From: Clostridia bacterium
Lineage (GTDB): Bacteria > Bacillota > Clostridia > DUPQ01
Direction: 5' to 3'
Assembly: GCA_046484975.1 (NCBI GenBank)
Contig: JAWOHX010000045.1
Location: forward strand, 1 to 55,693
DNA length: 55,693 nucleotides
The position numbers and the translations under genes were made by a program. The stretch's first letter is position 1, and each line of letters opens with the position of its first letter. Of the stretch, positions 10,240 to 19,512 are shown in pieces. The notes below the pieces were generated by a model, which ran no database searches, was not told where the DNA came from, and saw nothing but the letters and a program-made list of their open reading frames with translations.

Positions 10240-10482
10240 TCATTGGATGACGCCGTTTTTTTTCAAAAGGGCTCGCACGGTATCTGTGCACTGGGCGCCA
10301 TCAGCAATCCATTTTTTCACCCGGTCCCCATCGACGCTGAACCTGGTGGGTTCCACTGTCGGGTCATATACACCAATTTCCTCGATAAATTTACCGTCCC
10401 TGGGTGACCTTGAATCCGAGACGACAATCCTGTAAAAAGGTTTTTTCTTGGCCCCGATTCTTTTCAATCTGATTTTTACCAT
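10240..10482 (-). CDS. rpsP: 30S ribosomal protein S16
   Basis: [30 protein letters not shown]. Confidence 0.98.
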   Translation of the reverse strand: MVKIRLKRIGAKKKPFYRIVVSDSRSPRDGKFIEEIGVYDPTVEPTRFSVDGDRVKKWIADGAQCTDTVRALLKKNGVIQ

Positions 10483-10504
10483 TTTTTTATTACCTCCTAC
10501 CTAT

Positions 10505-11830
10505 TTAAAAAGGCATCTTGAAACCCTTCATGGATTTGGGTTTCTTGCCTTTCATGGTCTTGAAGAGTCGTTTCATGTTGTCAAAATCCGACAGCAGCTT
10601 GTTGACCGACTGGACGGAAGTCCCGCTGCCAGCGGCGATGCGCTTTCTTCTCCTGGCGTCCAGGATGGAAGGATTCCTTCTCTCCCGGGGAGTCATGGAC
10701 TGGATGATGGCTTTGGAGCGGACCATGTTTTTTTCATCCACCTTCATCCCCTTCATGTTCATCCCGGGGATCATGCCGAGCAGGTCTTCCAACGGCCCCA
10801 TTTTTCGGAGCTGTTCCAGCTGTTCCAGGAAATCCTCCAGCGTGAAGGACTGGATGTTGAGCTTTTTTTCCATCTCTCCGGCCTGGCGGAGGTCTGCGGC
10901 TTCACTGGCTTTCTCGATCAGGGAGAGGACATCCCCCATGCCCAGGATCCTGGATGCCATTCTTTCGGGATGGAAGGTTTCAAGGTCATTGGGCTTTTCG
11001 CCGACACAGGCGAACTTGACGGGCTTACCTGTGACTTTCTTGACGGACAATGCCGCTCCTCCCCTGGTGTCCCCGTCCAGCTTGGTCAGAATGATGCCGG
11101 AAAGATCAAGCAGTCCATTGAAACTCTCAGCCACCTGTACCGCATCCTGCCCTGTCATGGAATCCACCACCAGAAGGATCTCATCCGGGGAAACCGCCTT
11201 TTTGAGGTCATGAAGCTCGGCCATGAGGCCTTCGTCGATGTGAAGCCTTCCGGCGGTGTCCAACAGCAAGACATCGAACATGCTCTTCCTGGCATGGGCA
11301 AGGGCTTTTCCTGCAATGACCGGGACTGACGTTTCTCCGTCCGCAACAAAAACCTCGGTGCCTGTCTGTTTCCCGAGGGAGACCAGCTGTAAGACGGCGG
11401 CAGGCCTGTGTATGTCACATGCTGCCATCAGGACCTTTTTGCCGTTTTTCTGAAGATGAAGGGCAAGCTTGGCACATGTGGTGGTTTTGCCCGATCCCTG
11501 GAGTCCGCAAAGCATATATACGGAAGGGGCTTTGGGGGCGACAATGAGGCCTTCCGCCTTGCCTCCGAGCAAATCAACAAGCTGGTCATGTACAATCTTG
11601 ACCACCTGGTGTCCCGGTGTCAGGCTGTCCATGACATCCTGTCCTTTCGCTTTCTCCGAAAGTCCGGCGACAAAATCCTTGACCACTTTGTAATGCACAT
11701 CCGCTTCCAGAAGTGCCAGCCTGATTTCCCTGGACATTTCCCGGATGTCTTTCTCGCCGATCCGGGCCTGTCCTTTCATTTTTCTGATGATGCCTTCCAG
11801 TTTTCCTGTAAGGCCTTCGAAAGCCGCCAT
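10505..11830 (-). CDS. ffh: Signal recognition particle protein Ffh
   Basis: ALLEADV, GLQGSGKTT, DTAGR, TKLDGDTRGG, RILGMGD and the M-domain IIQSMT..ER. Start chosen at MAAFEGL. Confidence 0.97.
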   Translation of the reverse strand: MAAFEGLTGKLEGIIRKMKGQARIGEKDIREMSREIRLALLEADVHYKVVKDFVAGLSEKAKGQDVMDSLTPGHQVVKIVHDQLVDLLGGKAEGLIVAPKAPSVYMLCGLQGSGKTTTCAKLALHLQKNGKKVLMAACDIHRPAAVLQLVSLGKQTGTEVFVADGETSVPVIAGKALAHARKSMFDVLLLDTAGRLHIDEGLMAELHDLKKAVSPDEILLVVDSMTGQDAVQVAESFNGLLDLSGIILTKLDGDTRGGAALSVKKVTGKPVKFACVGEKPNDLETFHPERMASRILGMGDVLSLIEKASEAADLRQAGEMEKKLNIQSFTLEDFLEQLEQLRKMGPLEDLLGMIPGMNMKGMKVDEKNMVRSKAIIQSMTPRERRNPSILDARRRKRIAAGSGTSVQSVNKLLSDFDNMKRLFKTMKGKKPKSMKGFKMPF

Positions 11831-11832
11831 GT

Positions 11833-12153
11833 TTACCTTTCCGTCATCCGTTGAATGCACTGTCCGGCTCCGGCTGCATCACCGGCTGCCAGGTATTTGA
11901 GGGCCTTTGCCCCAAGCGCCCGGGTTTCCATGAGGCTGCTGTACAATCCAAGCTTTTCCTCGTATCCGACAAGCTGCCTCCTTGCCCTGCTGACATAATC
12001 GTAGACCCCCTGGCGGCTGATTCGCAGTTGTTCTGAAATCTCGCCCAGGGACAGGTCATAATTGACATGCAGGTCAATGATGTTGTATTGCTTTTTCGTC
12101 AGGAGACTGCCATATAGGTCGAACAGCATCCCAAGCATGATTTTATCTGTCAT
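11833..12153 (-). CDS. ylxM: YlxM family HTH protein
   Basis: LFDLYGSLLTKKQ, DLSLGEISE, ISRQGVYD and YEEKLGL. Directly upstream of ffh. Confidence 0.92.
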   Translation of the reverse strand: MTDKIMLGMLFDLYGSLLTKKQYNIIDLHVNYDLSLGEISEQLRISRQGVYDYVSRARRQLVGYEEKLGLYSSLMETRALGAKALKYLAAGDAAGAGQCIQRMTER

Positions 12154-12161
12154 GTGCCACC

Positions 12162-12214
12162 TGTAAAGGTATTTACCTTGTCACATAATACATGAAAGAA
12201 CTGAGACATGTCAA
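12162..12214 (-). promoter_or_regulatory. ylxM-ffh promoter plus a downstream inverted repeat (candidate operator)
   Basis: Minus strand: TTGACA (12214-12209), 18-nt spacer, TATTAT (12190-12185), then TGACAAGG-TAAATA-CCTTTACA (12183-12162). Confidence 0.6.
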
Positions 12215-12244
12215 GAAAAAAGTTCCCTTCCGGGAACTTTTTCT
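12214..12244 (-). terminator. Intrinsic terminator after the LysM gene
   Basis: agaaaaaagttccc-ttcc-gggaactttttct. Confidence 0.85.
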
Positions 12245-12247
12245 GTT

Positions 12248-13549
12248 TTAATTATCCCCTACGTTGAGGAACGGGATCTTGATGACCTGCCCTACCCTGA
12301 TGCTGTTGGGATTGGTGATGTCCTCATTGAACCCGACAATCTCGTCAACATATTCCGATGTGCCGTAGAACATGATGCTGATCCTGGCCAGGGTGTCCCC
12401 GCTCTGTACGGTGTATTCCCTGAAAAGGGGCGTCTCAGTGGGTTCCGGCGTGGGTTCCGGTGTGGGTTCCGGCGTGGGTTCCGGTGTGGGTGTGGGTTGC
12501 ACGGTGGCGGTGGGGGTCGGAGTGGGGGCCGGGGTTTCCACCACCTTGTCATTGAATATCATTGTCAGCAGATGGTACATCCCATAAATGATTCCTGCCA
12601 TCAAGGCCAGGACGATGACAATGCTCACCAGTCTTTTCAGATAGATGTTCATCCTCCTGCGGATTCTGGCGGGTTTTTGTATGTTGGCGAAAACGGACTT
12701 CCTTGCCTCGTTCTGGTCCTTCATCTTCGCGGACATCTCCCTGTCCGCCACATCGCTGATGAACAGGCCCTTGGCTGCGGTGTCCCCGAGCTTGTGCTGA
12801 AGTTCGGTCTCCAGGACCTTCATCACGATGACGACGATGTTGTCCGTCACGGATTTTGCATTGGCCTGCCCGATGAGTCTCCATGCGTTCTCGTCGGATG
12901 TCAGCTGGGGATCCAGGGAATCAGAAACAAATTCCTGGTCCAGGATGGCATTGACATTGGAGGAGCAAATCAGAATCATGTCATTCTTCAGCAACTTGCC
13001 GATGTCATGCTTGCGCACGGCTTTCTCCGATGGGGAATACTTTTCTGAAGTCTGTTCACCGGCATCATCCCCATCATCAGTGGGCGGAAAAACATTGAGC
13101 ACCATATCGGTGCTGACATAATATGCGGAATGGGGCTGGTTGGAAATCAGGCTTGCATGCCCGTCGGAAATCAGGACGCCTGAGAACAGCTTGTCCTGGG
13201 CGAATTGCTTCTCATCCATCCCTTGGACTCCGAAGAGGAAATCATATGTGCCTTTGATGCAGTTCTCAAAACCGGTGGCCTTTTCGTTAAAACCCTGCAT
13301 GTCATGGATCTTCTTATGGTAGCGCTTGAGTTCCTTCATGGCGGATATGAATGTCTGGCTCTGATCAATGACGGATTCCATGTTCTCGCTCAATGCATAA
13401 ATGAAATCGCTGTCGGTGAGGTCGTTGGTGACCTGGACATTGTCAATTTTCTCCGTGTTGCCGATTCTGCCATTTATATAGAAGCCTATTTTCGTGCTTT
13501 TAACTCTGTCGAAAGTGACGCAGGTTACGCTCAAAGTAGTTTTAGACAT
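12248..13549 (-). CDS. Membrane protein: degenerate PP2C-like domain, TM helix, Pro/Thr linker, C-terminal LysM
   Basis: LysM motif [13 protein letters not shown]...[14 protein letters not shown]; TM at about aa 307-329. PP2C-like spacing in [11 protein letters not shown]...[21 protein letters not shown]. LysM is high confidence, PP2C moderate. Confidence 0.8.
   Translation of the reverse strand: MSKTTLSVTCVTFDRVKSTKIGFYINGRIGNTEKIDNVQVTNDLTDSDFIYALSENMESVIDQSQTFISAMKELKRYHKKIHDMQGFNEKATGFENCIKGTYDFLFGVQGMDEKQFAQDKLFSGVLISDGHASLISNQPHSAYYVSTDMVLNVFPPTDDGDDAGEQTSEKYSPSEKAVRKHDIGKLLKNDMILICSSNVNAILDQEFVSDSLDPQLTSDENAWRLIGQANAKSVTDNIVVIVMKVLETELQHKLGDTAAKGLFISDVADREMSAKMKDQNEARKSVFANIQKPARIRRRMNIYLKRLVSIVIVLALMAGIIYGMYHLLTMIFNDKVVETPAPTPTPTATVQPTPTPEPTPEPTPEPTPEPTETPLFREYTVQSGDTLARISIMFYGTSEYVDEIVGFNEDITNPNSIRVGQVIKIPFLNVGDN
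12438..12491. repeat. In-frame 12-bp tandem repeat (about 4.5 copies) encoding the PTPE linker
   Basis: gtgggttccgg(c/t) x4 followed by gtgggt. Confidence 0.9.
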
Positions 13550-13604
13550 GGATCAACCCTCCTTCAGTTATTCATATATTAACATATAAAGTCAGCTAAG
13601 ACAA

Positions 13605-14177
13605 TTATAAAAAACTGAATGAAAACAAATGTGCAAGAGCCTGTTCCATGTCGTGAAGGGTCATGTTTGAAGTATGTACAATGACATCGCCGCAGGCCAT
13701 GTATTCTTCCCTGGACATTTGGATGTCGATGCGTTTCCTGGCCTCCTCTTCTCCGATGCCTTTTATTTTCATGAGCCTTTCCAGCTGTTTCCCGTATGTG
13801 CAGTCCATCACCAGGACCCTGTCGCACAGGTCGAGGAACCCCTCCCTGACGGGGATGGGAACATCCAGGACGAAATGCTTTTCCGGATGCTGCGCCAGCC
13901 TGTCCTTGATCTCAGCGATGACATACTTATGTGTGATCTCATTCAACATGCCCACCTGGATGGCACCGCCAAACAGCAGGCGGGACAGCACCCGGGTGTC
14001 GAAGGTCCCGAAAGCCTCCTTCAGTTCAGACCTGAGACCGTCCGCTGTCTGAAGGAGCTCGTGATAAACCGCATCGGCATCCACGACCTCGTATCCCCTG
14101 CCACCAATGAACCGGGTTGCGGATGTCTTTCCAGAGCTGATTCTTCCTGTCACACCCAGGATTCTATTTGGTTTCAT
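13605..14177 (-). CDS. coaE: Dephospho-CoA kinase
   Basis: GVTGRISSGKTS P-loop, VDAD, ITH and RIDIQM. Follows polA; GGAG RBS precedes ATG 14177. Confidence 0.88.
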   Translation of the reverse strand: MKPNRILGVTGRISSGKTSATRFIGGRGYEVVDADAVYHELLQTADGLRSELKEAFGTFDTRVLSRLLFGGAIQVGMLNEITHKYVIAEIKDRLAQHPEKHFVLDVPIPVREGFLDLCDRVLVMDCTYGKQLERLMKIKGIGEEEARKRIDIQMSREEYMACGDVIVHTSNMTLHDMEQALAHLFSFSFL

Positions 14178-16704
14178 ATAGTGAAACTCCTGTTCCGATA
14201 TCAATTTTCAGGGGTACCGTGATGTCCGGGATGTCCGTCATGCATTCCCGGACCATGTCCTTGATCCTGGCCACCTCGTCCTCATGCGTCTCGATGACAA
14301 GCTCGTCATGGACCTGGAGAATCAACCTCGACTGCATCCCTTTTTCCTTCAGCGTACGGAAAACCTTCACCATGGCGTATTTGATGATGTCCGCGGCACT
14401 CCCCTGCAGGGGGGCGTTCATGGCAATCCGTCTGCCGAACTCCCGCACATTGTAGTCCTTGGAGTGGAATTCCGGAATATACCGCCTTCTGTTGAATATT
14501 GTTTTTGCATACCCATGCTTTCTGGCGGATTCCACAACCTCATCCATGTACCGCCTGACCCCGGGGTATTTGGCGAAATACTCCTCGATGTATCTCTGGG
14601 CCAGTTTGATGGGGATGCCCAGATCCTCTGAGAGACCATAATCAGAGATTCCGTAGACAATGCCGAAATTCACGGCCTTTGCAGCTCTTCTCATGTCCGG
14701 GGTCACCATCCTTGGATCGATGTCGAACACCTTGGCAGCCGTATCGGCATGGATGTCTCCGTTGGTTGAGAAGGCATTCAGCATTGCCTTGTCCCCGGAT
14801 AATTGGGCAAGAAGACGGAGCTCGATCTGGGAGTAGTCGGCGGCAAGCAGAAGGAATCCCGGGGTTTGTGGGATGAAGGCCCTGCGGATTTCCCTGCCCA
14901 GTTCGGTGCGAATGGGAATGTTTTGCATGTTCGGCTCCACACTGCTGATTCTTCCCGTGGCGGTCACTGTCTGCTTGAACACTGAATGGATCCTGCCGTC
15001 TGCAGCGATTTTCTCAAAGAGTCCGTCTGCATAGGTGCTTTTGAGTTTGGCAAGTTTTCTGTATTCCAGGATCAGGCTGGCCACATGGTGCTTCTTGGAA
15101 AGCTTCTCCAGGACATCGGAAGAGGTGGAATAGCCGGTCTTTGTCTTCTTGTATGCAGGAATTTGCATTTCCTCAAACAGGACGACACCCAGTTGCTTGG
15201 GGGAATTGAGATTGAATTCCTTTTTGCAGATGAAGAAGATCTCCCCGGAGACCTGGTCTATCTTTCCATTCAGAAGTTGGGAGAAACCAAGCAGGAACTC
15301 CTTGTCTGCTCGGAATCCAATGAATTCCATATAGGCAAGGACTTCGATGAGAGGCAGTTCGACATGCTCCATCAGGAAAAGCATGTCCGCCTCGCGGATT
15401 TTTCCCATGAGGACGGGACGGAGATGGTAGATCATGAGAGGATCCAGGTCATGCTGCTCCGGGTTCTCGAAGAATACCCCCGCATGGGTTTCAAAAAGGT
15501 CCGTCAGAGGATATTCATCCCTGGATGCATCCAGAAGATAGGCGCAGGTGGCGCTGTCGAAGGCGACCGGGGGCACATCGATGCCATGGTGCATCAGATG
15601 AAGCATGAAGTCCTTGAGATAATGACCGGAGATGCTCTTAGCCTTTTCCATGAGGGCCCGGATGCCGGCGCTGGCAAAGCCTTCCGCCAGATGGCGGACG
15701 ACAATGCCGTCCGTTGTGTAACGAAAAACGCCTTCGATGAAGGAGACATACAGGTCATCTGCAAAGACCAAATCCTCCATCCTGCTGACAATCTCACACC
15801 TGTGGTCCGCCAGCTTTCCCCGGTTGTTTTTCAAACCGTATCTCGATATGAAGGAGTGGAATTCCAGTTTTTCGAACAGACCCAGCAGGGTTTCCGTGTC
15901 GAAATCCTTTTCCTTGTAACCAGCAATGTCATCCAGGCCATCCATTCCGCATTGGATGCGGGCGAGCCGAAGGCTCAGAAAGGCGTTATCCTTGTCCCGA
16001 AGCAGTTTTTCACGTAGGGCGGGTTTGGAGATCGAGTCCAGGTGATCATAAATGCCATGGAGGTCCGAATGGGTGCTGACCAGTTCAAGGGCGGTCTTTT
16101 CCCCGATTCCTTTGACACCGGGGATATTGTCGGACGCATCCCCCATCAAGGCTTTCACATGAACATATTGTTCCGGAGAAATCCCGAATTCCTCACGGAA
16201 ACTGGCAGGCGTGTATTCTTTTTCAACGGATTTTCCCTTCTGCACGGTGGGAATGACGACGGTGCAGTGTTCGGATACCAGCTGAAGCATGTCCCGGTCA
16301 CCCGTGACCACGATGCATTGGAGACCCTTGTCCTTTGACTTGCAGGCCAGAGTGCCAAGGATGTCATCTGCTTCGTAGCCTTCCTGCTCCAGGATGCTGA
16401 TGTTCATGGCGGACAGGATTTCCTTGAGAACGGGAAACTGGGAGGCCAGCTCCTCCGGCATGGGTTTTCGCCCTGCCTTGTATTCCTTGAAAAAATCATG
16501 CCTGAAGGTGGGTTTCTTCATGTCAAAGGCAATGGCGATGTAAGCAGGGTCGAGAGAACGGATGAACTTGTCCAGTATGTTCATGAAACCAAAGATCGCA
16601 TTGGTATAGATACCATCGCTCGTCTGGAGCATGTTTGCTCCGGAAAGGCCATAATATGCCCTGTTCAGTATGCTGTTGCCGTCCAACAGTAGGAACTTGT
16701 TCAT
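14164..16704 (-). CDS. polA: DNA polymerase I
   Basis: LDGNSILNRAYY 5'-exonuclease start, TGRISSVEPNMQNIP, ADYSQIELR, AKAVNFGIVYG and LQVHDEL. Confidence 0.97.
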   Translation of the reverse strand: MNKFLLLDGNSILNRAYYGLSGANMLQTSDGIYTNAIFGFMNILDKFIRSLDPAYIAIAFDMKKPTFRHDFFKEYKAGRKPMPEELASQFPVLKEILSAMNISILEQEGYEADDILGTLACKSKDKGLQCIVVTGDRDMLQLVSEHCTVVIPTVQKGKSVEKEYTPASFREEFGISPEQYVHVKALMGDASDNIPGVKGIGEKTALELVSTHSDLHGIYDHLDSISKPALREKLLRDKDNAFLSLRLARIQCGMDGLDDIAGYKEKDFDTETLLGLFEKLEFHSFISRYGLKNNRGKLADHRCEIVSRMEDLVFADDLYVSFIEGVFRYTTDGIVVRHLAEGFASAGIRALMEKAKSISGHYLKDFMLHLMHHGIDVPPVAFDSATCAYLLDASRDEYPLTDLFETHAGVFFENPEQHDLDPLMIYHLRPVLMGKIREADMLFLMEHVELPLIEVLAYMEFIGFRADKEFLLGFSQLLNGKIDQVSGEIFFICKKEFNLNSPKQLGVVLFEEMQIPAYKKTKTGYSTSSDVLEKLSKKHHVASLILEYRKLAKLKSTYADGLFEKIAADGRIHSVFKQTVTATGRISSVEPNMQNIPIRTELGREIRRAFIPQTPGFLLLAADYSQIELRLLAQLSGDKAMLNAFSTNGDIHADTAAKVFDIDPRMVTPDMRRAAKAVNFGIVYGISDYGLSEDLGIPIKLAQRYIEEYFAKYPGVRRYMDEVVESARKHGYAKTIFNRRRYIPEFHSKDYNVREFGRRIAMNAPLQGSAADIIKYAMVKVFRTLKEKGMQSRLILQVHDELVIETHEDEVARIKDMVRECMTDIPDITVPLKIDIGTGVSLYETK

Positions 16705-16732
16705 GCAGTCACCGGTTCTGTTATCTATCTGC

Positions 16733-17425
16733 TCATTCGTTGAAAACAATTCTGCGTGTGTATGTCTGGCTGGAAGTCCTCAGCTCATCGGAGGAGGACT
16801 GGATCAGGACGAGGTTGAACCTCTCAATGATGGAATCCATTGTTTCCTGGTCTGCATCGAAAACAAGGGCGTTGCCCTCTTCCGTGATGGACAGGTCAGG
16901 ATATTCATCCTTGAATGCTTTCATAAAATCCTTCAGCAGCAATTTTTCATGTCCCATTTCATATTCCAAGACACTTGATTCCCATGCAGGGGCAGGGTCC
17001 GGGGAGGGTGCCATGCCGGCTATGGTGAAGGAATTGTCCTCGGAGTTCCTTTTTTCCGCATCAGACATCAGGGAATCCATGTTCCCCTTGGTCATGAGAT
17101 TGCTTCTGTTGAACAGTATGATGGATACTGCGAGGACCAGGCATGCCGCTGCCATGGAAGGAATCATGATGCTGATTCTCTTCATCGTTCTTTTTGCGGC
17201 ACTTTCCTTTTTCAACCTGCGAACCACCTCTTCCGACAGATCGAAGGGCAAATCGTGGGACAATGCAGGCAGGGCGGATTTGACAGTAACAAGTTCCCGG
17301 TGGTATTTCCTGCATGCAGGACATCCCTCGAGATGATTCTCCAGGTTATTCCGTTCTTCCTGTTCCAGCAGGTCGTCCGCCATCAGGCTGATTCTTTCCA
17401 GATTCTCTCTGCATACGACTGTCAT
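16733..17425 (-). CDS. Zinc-binding (zf-HC2/ZAS) membrane anti-sigma factor
   Basis: N-terminal C...HLEGCPAC (HxxxCxxC) and one TM helix. Directly downstream of the ECF sigma gene. Confidence 0.85.
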   Translation of the reverse strand: MTVVCRENLERISLMADDLLEQEERNNLENHLEGCPACRKYHRELVTVKSALPALSHDLPFDLSEEVVRRLKKESAAKRTMKRISIMIPSMAAACLVLAVSIILFNRSNLMTKGNMDSLMSDAEKRNSEDNSFTIAGMAPSPDPAPAWESSVLEYEMGHEKLLLKDFMKAFKDEYPDLSITEEGNALVFDADQETMDSIIERFNLVLIQSSSDELRTSSQTYTRRIVFNE

Positions 17426-17457
17426 ATCCTTTATCCCTCCTTTCCATTGATTAAACG

Positions 17458-18048
17458 TCAGAATCCATAATTAGTTCCTTGATTCTTCAATGTTTCCACC
17501 AGTTTCGCCCTTGCCCGGGCAATTCTGGATTTGACAGTGCCAAGGGGAAGGTTGAGCATGGTGGATATTTCGTTGTAATCGTATCCCTTGACATCGGACA
17601 GGACGATGATCATCCTGTGTTCCTCTTTCATGGCCATCAGGGACTTCTCAAGGAGCTCCAGGCGTTCTTTGCTCTCAAGGATATCCTGCACATCCGCTGA
17701 CTTGTCATCGAACTGGATCACATATTCCCCCTCATCGCCGTCGAAGGTTTTATCCAGGGAAACAACATTGGAATGTTTTTTTCTTTTTCGCAGCTCGTCG
17801 ATGGCCGTGTTGGTCACGATCCTGTGCAGCCAGGTGTTGAAGGTACTGTTGAAATTGAATTTCCTGATGTTGCGGAAGGCCTTGATAAAGGATTCCTGCA
17901 CCACATCAAGGGCGTCATGGGGGTCGCCCATCATGCCAAGAGCCACAGAATAGGCCCGTTCCTGGTAAATGGACACCAGTGTTCCGAAGCTATCCGTATC
18001 GCCGTTCTGTGCATTCACTAATAATTTGGTTTCATCGGGTTCGGGCAT
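17458..18048 (-). CDS. ECF-type RNA polymerase sigma factor
   Basis: DVVQESFIKAF, FNTWLHRIVTNTAID and YNEIS...LPLGTVKSRIARAR. Confidence 0.93.
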   Translation of the reverse strand: MPEPDETKLLVNAQNGDTDSFGTLVSIYQERAYSVALGMMGDPHDALDVVQESFIKAFRNIRKFNFNSTFNTWLHRIVTNTAIDELRKRKKHSNVVSLDKTFDGDEGEYVIQFDDKSADVQDILESKERLELLEKSLMAMKEEHRMIIVLSDVKGYDYNEISTMLNLPLGTVKSRIARARAKLVETLKNQGTNYGF

Positions 18049-18091
18049 CAGGCAGACCTCCAGATGAAATTATATAATAGCCACCCTCATA

Positions 18092-18120
18092 TTTCAAATC
18101 ATTATTTCCTATGGTATAAT
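18092..18120 (+). promoter_or_regulatory. Extended -10 promoter of murT (candidate leaderless start)
   Basis: TTTCAA, 17-nt spacer, TATAAT (18115-18120) with TG upstream. ATG at 18127. Confidence 0.55.
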
Positions 18121-18126
18121 CCCCTT

Positions 18127-19503
18127 ATGAATTTACGCATGTCCTTCACGCTGGCAATTGTCAAAACCGCATCGTTCTTCCTCAGGTTTTTCGGACGGGG
18201 AGGCACTTCCCTGCCGGGGAAAATAGCGTTGGGACTTTATCCTCAGATCCTTCAGAGGCTTTCGCAAGGCATCATCACCATCATCGTCACGGGAACCAAC
18301 GGAAAAACCACGACTTCCAGGATCATCGCCAGGATCCTGGAAACCCACGGCCTTCGGTATTTCGAGAACAGGTCAGGCGCCAACTTGCTTGGAGGTGTGG
18401 TCGCATCCTTTGCCCAGCATGCAAGACTCACGGGGAAGATGCCTTATGATCATGCCGTCATCGAATGCGACGAGGCTGCGTTCAAGGCGGTGAGCCGCCA
18501 TGTGGATGTCGATATCGTCCTTGTCACCAACCTGTTCCGGGACCAACTGGACAGGTTCGGAGAGATTACCCATGCCCTGGAGAACATCAGGATCGGCATC
18601 GAAAACTCAAATAACGCCGTGGTGTGCCTCAATGCGGACTGCTCCCTCTCTTCGTCCCTGAAGGATACCATCGACAACAAGGTGGTGTTCTTCGGCATCA
18701 GCACCGGGATTGACACACAGCAGGATCAATTGTCCGACGCCCCATATTGCATCCGTTGTAAAAACCCCTATCAATACCATTTTGTCACTTACCAGCACCT
18801 GGGCGGTTTCTACTGCGACAACTGCGGTTACCAAAGGCAGGACCCGGATGTCTATGTCAGCGGCATCAGCGGCATCAACCCAAGGGATTCGGTGTTCGAA
18901 CTGGTCATGGGGAAGGAATCCTACCATGCCCGGGTCAACCTGCCCGGGGCATACAACATCTATAATGCGGTGGCCGCTGCCTCCGTTGCCTTCACCCTTG
19001 GGATCCCGGGAAATACTGTCACGGGGTCCCTCTCATCCTTTGAATGCGGTTTCGGCAGGATGGAGAGAATGGACCTGGACGGGACCGAAGCCACCATGAT
19101 CCTGGTGAAAAATCCCGCAGGGATGAACCAGGCCATCCGTTTCGTGTCCGGTGTGGACACCATGAAAAACCTGGTGTTGATCCTCAACGACAGGCATGCG
19201 GACGGTACGGACATCTCATGGATATGGGATGTCCATTTTGAGGACCTCGCTGCTTCTCAAAGGAGCATCAACACCATATTTGTGTCCGGTATCCGTGCGG
19301 AAGACATGGCCGTCCGGCTAAAATATGCAGGTCTGGACATGGGCAAGGTAACCATCCTCAAGGAGTACGGGCACCTGGTGGAAGCCCTTACGACGGGACC
19401 TGACCGCCAGACACCCGTATACATACTCCCCACCTATACAGGTATGTTCGATTTCAGAAGAATCCTTGCCCGCAGGTTCAGGCTCAGGGAATTCTGGAGA
19501 TAG
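18127..19503 (+). CDS. murT: Lipid II isoglutaminyl synthase subunit MurT (Mur ligase + DUF1727)
   Basis: GGTSLPG, TGTNGKTTT, SGANL, TNLFRDQLDRFGE, a Cys4 zinc site (CIRC...CDNC), LVKNPAG, DGTDISWIWD and PTYT. Confidence 0.92.
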   Translation: MNLRMSFTLAIVKTASFFLRFFGRGGTSLPGKIALGLYPQILQRLSQGIITIIVTGTNGKTTTSRIIARILETHGLRYFENRSGANLLGGVVASFAQHARLTGKMPYDHAVIECDEAAFKAVSRHVDVDIVLVTNLFRDQLDRFGEITHALENIRIGIENSNNAVVCLNADCSLSSSLKDTIDNKVVFFGISTGIDTQQDQLSDAPYCIRCKNPYQYHFVTYQHLGGFYCDNCGYQRQDPDVYVSGISGINPRDSVFELVMGKESYHARVNLPGAYNIYNAVAAASVAFTLGIPGNTVTGSLSSFECGFGRMERMDLDGTEATMILVKNPAGMNQAIRFVSGVDTMKNLVLILNDRHADGTDISWIWDVHFEDLAASQRSINTIFVSGIRAEDMAVRLKYAGLDMGKVTILKEYGHLVEALTTGPDRQTPVYILPTYTGMFDFRRILARRFRLREFWR

Positions 19504-19512
19504 GAACTGTAT

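Noticed and set aside
12438-12491. Tandem repeat as a CRISPR array or contingency locus
   Set aside because: There are no spacers. The 12-bp in-frame unit simply encodes the PTPE linker.
14986-16017. Long antisense ORFs (343 aa here; also 10448-11329, 29739-30671, 31381-32307, 44126-45049)
   Set aside because: They are shadows of well-conserved genes on the opposite strand and have no motifs or RBS. Codon bias explains them.
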